A stretch of 24,000 nucleotides of DNA from Muribaculaceae bacterium (GTDB lineage: Bacteria; Bacteroidota; Bacteroidia; Bacteroidales; Muribaculaceae): positions 22,498 to 46,497 of the forward strand of contig JAZOCE010000011.1 in NCBI GenBank assembly GCA_045596365.1. Direction: 5' to 3'. A program made the position numbers and the translations under genes. The notes beneath the pieces are model-generated. The model had not been told where the DNA came from and searched no databases. It saw only the letters and a list, made by a program, of their open reading frames with translations. How positions within the stretch are numbered: position 1 is the first letter of the stretch; every line of letters starts with the position of its first letter. Positions 9,506-15,400 of this stretch are shown one piece after another.

Positions 9506-9579
9506 GGTCCAGTAGCTCAGCTGGATAGAGCAACAGCCTTCTAAGCTGTGGGTCGTGGGTTCGAATCCCGCCTGGATCA
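9506..9579 (+). tRNA. tRNA-Arg (anticodon TCT)
   Basis: Hand-folded cloverleaf. Acceptor GGTCCAG/CTGGATC, D-stem GCTC/GAGC, anticodon stem ACAGC/GCTGT with loop CTTCTAA (anticodon TCT). T-stem GTGGG/CCCGC with loop TTCGAAT, discriminator A. 74 nt, no encoded CCA. Confidence 0.9.
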
Positions 9580-9585
9580 CAAAAA

Positions 9586-9611
9586 AGCCTCCTTGCAGGG
9601 AGGCTTTTTTA
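9586..9611 (+). terminator. intrinsic terminator after tRNA-Arg
   Basis: AGCCTCC(T)/(G)GGAGGCT stem with a TGCA loop, followed by a T6 run (AGCCTCCTTGCAGGGAGGCTTTTTTAT). Confidence 0.8.
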
Positions 9612-9642
9612 TTTTCTATTGACAATTTATCTGAAAATCATG

Positions 9643-9650
9643 TATCTTTG
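9643..9650 (+). promoter_or_regulatory. -7 promoter element (TATCTTTG) for the dipeptidase operon
   Basis: Matches TAnnTTTG. It lies inside the longest ORF (start 9619) and 4 nt before ATGATG at 9655. Confidence 0.45.
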
Positions 9651-9654
9651 TGAT

Positions 9655-10320
9655 ATGATGAAGATATTAACTGTATTGTTTTTTGTTGTGCTTGGAGTAA
9701 TGAACGTAAGAGCTGTGGACTATGATGCAGAATTTTGCCGACTTGGCTATGTTGAGGTCTGTCAGCTTGATAGCACGATTGTGGTTGATATGAAATATTC
9801 GGGAAGAGACAATTTTATGGGTGTAAATATGTATGGAGACTTGAGAAAAGCATATTTACGACCGGAGATTGCCTCAAAACTTTTAATGGCACAAAAACTA
9901 TTGCGCGATAAAAATGCAGATTACACGCTTGTTGTCTATGATGCCGCTCGACCATTGAGCGCGCAAAAAATGATGTATGACAAAGTGCAAGGAACGGAAT
10001 TTGAACAATATGTGGCAAATCCCTATAATGGTGGCGGTCATCATTGCTATGGTTGTGCCGTAGATGTTTCGATCTTATATAAGGGGATACCTCTTGATAT
10101 GGGGACACCTTTTGATTCATTTAGCAAATTGTCGCACACCGATAATGAGAAGGCCAACCTTGAAAATGGCTCTCTCAGTATATCTGCTTATAAAAACCGA
10201 CAGTTATTACGAAGCATTATGACCACTGTTGGTTTTGATGTTGAGCCTTGTGAATGGTGGCATTTTTCGTGCTATAAAATTGAAGATGTGCGTGAGAAAT
10301 ATCCTCGTTTAGATTTTTAA
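9655..10320 (+). CDS. exported VanX/DdpX-type D-alanyl-D-alanine dipeptidase (peptidase M15D)
   Basis: Signal peptide MMKILTVLFFVVLGVMNVRA. VanX-type motifs: DAARPLSAQ, the zinc site H-x6-D in GGHHCYGCAVDVS, and the catalytic/zinc EWWH in CEWWHF. The start is probably ATG 9655 or 9658, not 9619. Confidence 0.8.
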   Translation: MMKILTVLFFVVLGVMNVRAVDYDAEFCRLGYVEVCQLDSTIVVDMKYSGRDNFMGVNMYGDLRKAYLRPEIASKLLMAQKLLRDKNADYTLVVYDAARPLSAQKMMYDKVQGTEFEQYVANPYNGGGHHCYGCAVDVSILYKGIPLDMGTPFDSFSKLSHTDNEKANLENGSLSISAYKNRQLLRSIMTTVGFDVEPCEWWHFSCYKIEDVREKYPRLDF

Positions 10321-10338
10321 CTCATTAATATATTGACC

Positions 10339-10932
10339 ATGAAACGGATAACTCTTTTATTGATGATGACAATTGTGGTGTTGTGTGGCAATGCTACGGT
10401 TGAGGTGGGCTCGATAGTGAAAAATGTTATATCAAGTGGCGATGGCACCATTCGTGAACGTGTAAAAATAGAAACAAAATATCTCAAATTCACATCCAAA
10501 CGAGGAAATTTTGTGCGTTATGCCGACCATGAAATTCCTGAATTCAAAACCAGTGATGCCTTGCTTGGCTCTGCCAAGATACGCCAATACATGGACCTTG
10601 CAACCAATAAAAGCACTTGCTTTTTGATGATTACCGTAGGGCGTGAAAAGGCAACTGAGGTCGTTGCCTATGATGATCTTGTGAAAATGATTGATGCCGT
10701 AAAAACATTGAAAGAGCAGAGCAAGAAAGACAGTATTGACGGGAAACAGTTGAAGTGCTATTATGTTACAGATGATGGCTTTCAAATAGGGTATAACATA
10801 AATAAAGGGAAAACTACATGGTATTTTTCTGTCAATGGTGATGAGCGCAAGTTTAGTAAGGATTTTGACTTTGAAAAGGCTCTGGTAGATGTGAAAAATA
10901 AGATGGAAGAGCTGATGAAAGTTGAGAATTGA
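10339..10932 (+). CDS. hypothetical lipoprotein (no domain recognised)
   Basis: MKRITLLLMMTIVVLC/GN is a signal peptide with a lipobox-like cysteine, and the rest is hydrophilic. It starts 18 nt after the dipeptidase stop, so it is in the operon. The ORF-track start at 10333 is a TTG, and ATG 10339 is more plausible. Confidence 0.6.
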   Translation: MKRITLLLMMTIVVLCGNATVEVGSIVKNVISSGDGTIRERVKIETKYLKFTSKRGNFVRYADHEIPEFKTSDALLGSAKIRQYMDLATNKSTCFLMITVGREKATEVVAYDDLVKMIDAVKTLKEQSKKDSIDGKQLKCYYVTDDGFQIGYNINKGKTTWYFSVNGDERKFSKDFDFEKALVDVKNKMEELMKVEN

Positions 10933-10959
10933 GAGTTGAAAGTTGAAAAAGCAAAAAAC

Positions 10960-11202
10960 ATGAAATATCAATATCGCACAAGTGGCACATGTAGCCAGGC
11001 AATCGAGTTTGAGGTTGTCGATGGCATTTTAAAGAATGTCTCTTTCTTTGGAGGATGTGATGGAAATCTCAAAGGTATCTGTTCTTTGGTAGAGGGGATG
11101 CCTGTAGCTGATGTCATTGCGCGCCTCAAAGGAATACGCTGTGGCATGAAATCAACATCATGCCCCGACCAATTGGCTCAGGCTCTCACGGGTTTGAATT
11201 GA
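10960..11202 (+). CDS. TSCPD-domain small protein (TIGR03905-like, function unknown)
   Basis: 80 aa from ATG 10960, MKYQYRTSGTCSQAIEFEVVDGILKNVSFFGGCDGNLKGI...RCGMKSTSCPDQLAQAL. The Cys pattern and the literal TSCPD motif match this family as I recall it. The ORF-track start at 10936 is a TTG. Confidence 0.72.
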   Translation: MKYQYRTSGTCSQAIEFEVVDGILKNVSFFGGCDGNLKGICSLVEGMPVADVIARLKGIRCGMKSTSCPDQLAQALTGLN

Positions 11203-11212
11203 TATATTTAAA

Positions 11213-11425
11213 TAGCGTCTTTCCGACGCGTTTGGTCGTTTACCTTGATCCGAGGGTTTTGTTTCATTCAACCCCCGGCTACTGAAATTTAGCCCTTCGG
11301 GCAAAATAAATATTTTGGAAATAGAAAGCAAGCCCGACAGGGCTTACATTTGAATAGCCGGGGGTGGAGCAATGCGATACCTTCGGGAAAAGATGCCACC
11401 GGCAAAATGCGTCGGAAAGACGCTA
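11213..11425. repeat. structured imperfect-palindrome element, copy A (full length, 213 bp)
   Basis: Exact 17-bp terminal inverted repeats: 11213-11229 TAGCGTCTTTCCGACGC and 11409-11425 GCGTCGGAAAGACGCTA. Exact inner inverted repeat: 11271-11281 ACCCCCGGCTA and 11355-11365 TAGCCGGGGGT. Two central GC hairpins at 11292-11302 and 11330-11345. Parts recur at 12104-12310 and 16713-16805. Confidence 0.85.
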
Positions 11426-11464
11426 CAGAAAAACAAAGATAACGCCTTCTATTACGGGTTTGTC

Positions 11465-11734
11465 TTAAAATAATTCAGAGTGAGATCCAAGTCTGACTAA
11501 TTTTATAATATTGCTTTCTTCATCAAGCCATATTAAAAGTAAATCACTTTCAATATGACATTCCATAAATCCGGAGTAATCACCACTTAATTTATGAGGC
11601 TTGTATATGCTTGGAAGAATACCGGTTTCTTGTAGTAGTGAGAGTACTATTTTGAGGTGTGCAATTTGTTTGGGCTTATTTTGAATACGTTTAAGGTCTT
11701 TCTTAAACTGACTTGTCATTTTAAGGGTAAACAT
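11465..11734 (-). CDS. yafQ: type II toxin, YafQ/RelE-family mRNA interferase
   Basis: MFTLKMTSQFKKDLKRIQNKPKQIAHLKIVLSLLQETGILPSIYKPHKLSGDYSGFMECHIESDLLLIWLDEESNIIKLVRLGSHSELF is collinear with E. coli YafQ (…YKDHPLxGxxxGxRDxHVEPDWxLIY…RTGTHAxLF). The ATG at 11734 is 4 nt after the antitoxin stop. The ORF-track start at 11752 is a TTG inside the antitoxin gene. Confidence 0.85.
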   Translation of the reverse strand: MFTLKMTSQFKKDLKRIQNKPKQIAHLKIVLSLLQETGILPSIYKPHKLSGDYSGFMECHIESDLLLIWLDEESNIIKLVRLGSHSELF

Positions 11735-11738
11735 ATTC

Positions 11739-11978
11739 TTATAAAGATGCAATTATAGTTTCAAGGTTTTTTGCATCTAAAGTCTCAAGGTTGCGATTTT
11801 CTCGCGCGTCTTTCATCGCTGCTAATGTAAGCTTGTTGGGATTGTTGTATATTGCATCCATTAAAACGCTTTCAACATAATTGTTTAAGCTACGATTATC
11901 CCTTTCGGCAGCTTCTTTTAATTTATTTAGCAAGTCCGAATTTAGTCTGAATGCTGTCTGTTTTCGTTCTGTAATCAT
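11739..11978 (-). CDS. type II antitoxin, ribbon-helix-helix (CopG/Arc-like) DNA-binding protein
   Basis: 79 aa. The N-terminus TAFRLNSDLLNKLKEAAERDNRSLNNYVESVLMD fits a strand-helix-helix RHH pattern. It lies immediately upstream of the toxin and is nearly abutting it. Confidence 0.75.
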   Translation of the reverse strand: MITERKQTAFRLNSDLLNKLKEAAERDNRSLNNYVESVLMDAIYNNPNKLTLAAMKDARENRNLETLDAKNLETIIASL

Positions 11979-12006
11979 AGTGGTTAGCGTTAGTTATTAT
12001 ATTATA

Positions 12007-12034
12007 TATAACAAAAGTATAACATATATATAAC
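12007..12034 (-). promoter_or_regulatory. putative TA operator: three GTTATA hexamers phased at 11 bp
   Basis: The plus strand has TATAAC at 12007-12012, 12018-12023 and 12029-12034, read as GTTATA on the coding strand. Spacing is exactly 11 bp, between the -7 box and the antitoxin ATG. Confidence 0.5.
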
Positions 12035-12039
12035 ATATA

Positions 12040-12047
12040 CAAATTTA
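12040..12047 (-). promoter_or_regulatory. -7 promoter element (TAAATTTG) for the TA operon
   Basis: The minus strand reads TAAATTTG, 61 nt upstream of ATG 11978. Confidence 0.55.
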
Positions 12048-12103
12048 CAATGTAAAAGTTTTGTCGTAGATAAATTTACGTAACTATAATTTTGTTGGCA
12101 CAG

Positions 12104-12310
12104 GCGTCATGATATCAGATCCCCAAGGGTATTTATTTAACCTTAACATTTACCGCGCATTGTGGCTCTACGAGACTCGTGTGCAGAGCAAAGTATGTAT
12201 CAAGAAATAAGACAAGCCCGACAGGGCTTACATTTGAATAGCCGGGGGTGGAGCAATGCGACACCTCCGGGAAAAGATGCCCACCGGCAAAATGCGTCGG
12301 AAAGACGCTA
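12104..12310. repeat. structured element, copy B (right arm near-identical to copy A, left arm degenerate)
   Basis: 12213-12310 matches 11329-11425 with 2 substitutions and one 1-nt indel, by my manual alignment. 12118-12142 GATCCCCAAGGGTATTTATTTAACC resembles 11247-11273 GATCCGAGGGTTTTGTTTCATTCAACC. The left terminal repeat is lost. Same orientation as copy A. Confidence 0.8.
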
Positions 12311-12313
12311 CAC

Positions 12314-12349
12314 AAAAAATAGGAAAGATGCTTCTTTCCTATTTTTTTT
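12314..12349. terminator. bidirectional intrinsic terminator (3' end of the giant T9SS gene on the minus strand; also closes copy B on the plus strand)
   Basis: A6 run, then a 10-bp stem ATAGGAAAGA/TCTTTCCTAT (12319-12328 / 12333-12342) with loop TGCT, then a T8 run (12342-12349). Confidence 0.8.
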
Positions 12350-12410
12350 AATTCCTCCTCTGTAAAATAAGGGAGGTGGCACAACGTGCCGGAGGGATTT
12401 TAATCCTCAA

Positions 12411-15400
12411 TTAATTCTTTGCAATCTTCACCGGAGCGAGATTATTTACGCGCACGAAATAAGTCCCCACTTCGAGGTCATCTACAGCAATCGTCATGAC
12501 ACACTCACCATCGCCCTGTAGCGACTTGACGATAGCTCCTGCAGCAGAATAGATAGCAACTTGTTCGATAGCTTCAGAGGCTTTGATTGTTACCGATACA
12601 GTAGCAGGGATAGGATAAATCTCTACAGCGCTTGTGTTGCCCACAATCTCTACCTCTTCAACAGCGGTAGTAACACCACCATTTACCGGAGTTGCGCCAC
12701 CGGTAGCTGTAGAGCTGATTTTTGAGTTACCCGAAGCATAGTTGGCTGCTACAGTATAGGTGTAATTCAAGGCACTATTGTTCCCGTCATAGTCAGTAGC
12801 TCCACCATTTACTGTTGTGTCAAAGTCTTTCACATAGAATGTCGCCATTGGCACGTTGGCTTCTTCTGCTTGAGAGAAGTCATAATTGCCGGGGATAGTG
12901 AATGTTGCCGATGTTGCTTCTACTGTAGAACGTGCCGAATAAGTCTCTGCTGCAATGTCAACAGGCAATGCAACATAACCTGTGGCATATCCTTCTGTAA
13001 TTATCGGCAAGCCGAGTGAGCCATTCGGGTCATAAAGCATCACCTCTGTTACATCTGATTTACCTTTAGATGCCAAAGTCATGGTATAAGATGATACAGG
13101 AACTTCGGCATTGGGTTTGGTTATGTCCATGTTCACCCAATAAACTTTCCAATAGGCATCGTCTTTGTCATATTCACCTTTGGCAGGATTGCCGTAGTAG
13201 TCGGCGTCCCAGTCGCCCCATTCGTGATTTTGGTAGTAATATACGGTGGGTTTTATGCTTGGAGCCACAGGAGTATATGATTTAGCACATGTCTCAGTAA
13301 TCTCAGAATCGCTATATACAAACTCTCCATCAACAATCCAATATTCGGCTGTTACTACTGCGGTAAACTCTTTACCTACTGCCGAGCCATCATTGTTGAT
13401 ATCAAGCACATCAAGGTCATAGGCTTTAAAGTGGAATTGGTTTATTGTTGCACCGGTCGCATCGACAGTTTTTGAATATGTGAGGTTTTCAATCGCGTTA
13501 CCATTGTCGTCAAGCACTGCTCCCACATTATTGGTCAACTCACCTAAACCGCTCACTTTGAATGAGAATGATGCAACAGGGTTGGCTCTGTTGGTATCAT
13601 CACTACGGAACAATTGTAGGTTGTAGCCTTGCAAACTAAACTCCTTGTTGCTGTCAAATGCAACACCATTCCATGTTGCAGTAGCGTCATATTGCTTCAA
13701 TTCTTCAATCCCATCTTCGTTAGTCTCTGTTACTGCCTCGATTGAGAAATCGTTCCATTCAGGCTCCGGCGCAACAAAATCAATTGTTACCGAGGTAGAT
13801 ATTTCCGATACCTCACCATCGTAGCAGTTGAAGTTAGGGACGATGATATAAGCATAAGTCAACGGATAAATCTTTTTGTTAGTACTGGAGACAGCAAATT
13901 CTACCCCTTCATGAACAAATTGGCAAGTAGCATCTTCGGTCATACCGGCATTATACCAATAATCTTCTCCGGATGTTCCTCCAGCCGGATTTAAATAAAC
14001 AACCTCATTGTTTTCATTTACATAGCTCACTTGGTATTTTACAAGATAATTTGTGGGTTGTTCAGTCCATGAATCGGGTGCTTCCCAAGTTACAGTGATA
14101 TTTGGCTCATAGTTGTTTGACACAACTTCAGCCTCAGTGCTTCCCACTGTACCGGTTACCTCTACAGGGTCGTCAGGACTTTGTGTAGCTGTTATTAAAT
14201 ATTTAGCAAGACCATTGTTTGGAACATAGGTGTATAGAGCAAGAGTGTTTTGATCTATAACATCAAATTCACACCACGCATTAACGCTTATATAGCTACT
14301 TGATATGTAGTCTGAAGAGACAGCTGTAGTAGCTGTTCCATAAGCATTTATTTTGTTTGCAAGTGTTGTCCCTGTTGTGCGGTCGATGACGGTAATTTTG
14401 CCATCTAAATTTGTTCCAGAATTTGCATTTGCTTGGTGCACAATAATTTCGTGTCCTCCAATATATCCGATATCAGCAGAGTTCCAAGCATACCATGTGT
14501 TTTCTACATACTCAAAACCATCAACAGTACTTCCATCTAATGTGCATAAGAACGTTCCGTTACGACCAATCATCATATATTTGCCGTCAGCATAAGGGAA
14601 GAAGCTACTTTCCTTTGCCATATCTTCATTGTGCGATCCTCCAAATGAACCACTAAAAGAGCTATCAGTAAGAGGTGTTGAGTATGTATCTTGGTTTGTA
14701 GCAACGCCATTTTGAATTGTTATTTTAACAACATCGCGACCATTTGTTAGCCATAATGCTCCAGTGCCACTATAACAGTTACCTGAAGCACGAATTACCC
14801 GAGTTATTCCTGCTGTGTTTGTGACTGCGCCAGAAGACGCATTTACTCCTGATAGAACTTTTGTATAAACAGATGAAAGATTTACAACTTTTGCATTTGT
14901 TGTGGATACAACTACTCCTGGTCCTGAACTTTTTGGACAAATTGTTACCTCTGTAGTGCGAGCATTATAGGTCTGGACTGTTGCTGTGGCTGATTGGTTA
15001 CTTGCAAAGATAACATTGCCATAGTCATCGGTACATATGCCCATACCATTGCTACCTGATTGACCCCATTCAAAAGAACCGTCGGTGCCTGTCGCTGCAT
15101 TCCAATAGCTAATGCGTTTACCTCCTACCATAATCAAATATACAACATCATTTGATACTGCAATTTGACGAGGATATATTTTTTGAGTTGAACTTCCTCC
15201 ATACCAATTTGCAGTTGAGTGGGTTGCAACGGGAGTTGTTTGCATTGAAACTTCTGATTTCATTGTAAATCCTTCGGCATTGAGGAATGCTTTGGGGTAG
15301 GAGATTTCGTTGGCTTTTACGGTAACGACTGTTGATTTCAAGCCTTCACTTGCCGGTTGGTAACCGGCACATTCATAGTCAAGGGTGTAATCACCGGGCT

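Noticed and set aside
9506-9579. First-pass reading of the anticodon loop as CTA (amber suppressor tRNA)
   Set aside because: Folding the 5-bp anticodon stem ACAGC/GCTGT places the 7-nt loop as CTTCTAA. The anticodon is therefore TCT, an ordinary tRNA-Arg.
10432-10971. 179-aa minus-strand ORF covering almost the whole lipoprotein gene
   Set aside because: It is antisense to a plus-strand ORF that has a proper signal peptide and operon context. Its translation is F/I/L/K-rich and low-complexity, with no start context or promoter box. It is a typical shadow ORF in AT-rich DNA.
12133-12384. 83-aa (-) and 67-aa (+, 12162..12365) ORFs in the gap between the TA operon and the giant gene
   Set aside because: Both run through repeat copy B and the 10-bp terminator hairpin. 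One starts with GTG. Copy A of the same repeat carries no equivalent ORF. I treat them as translation artefacts of a repeat.
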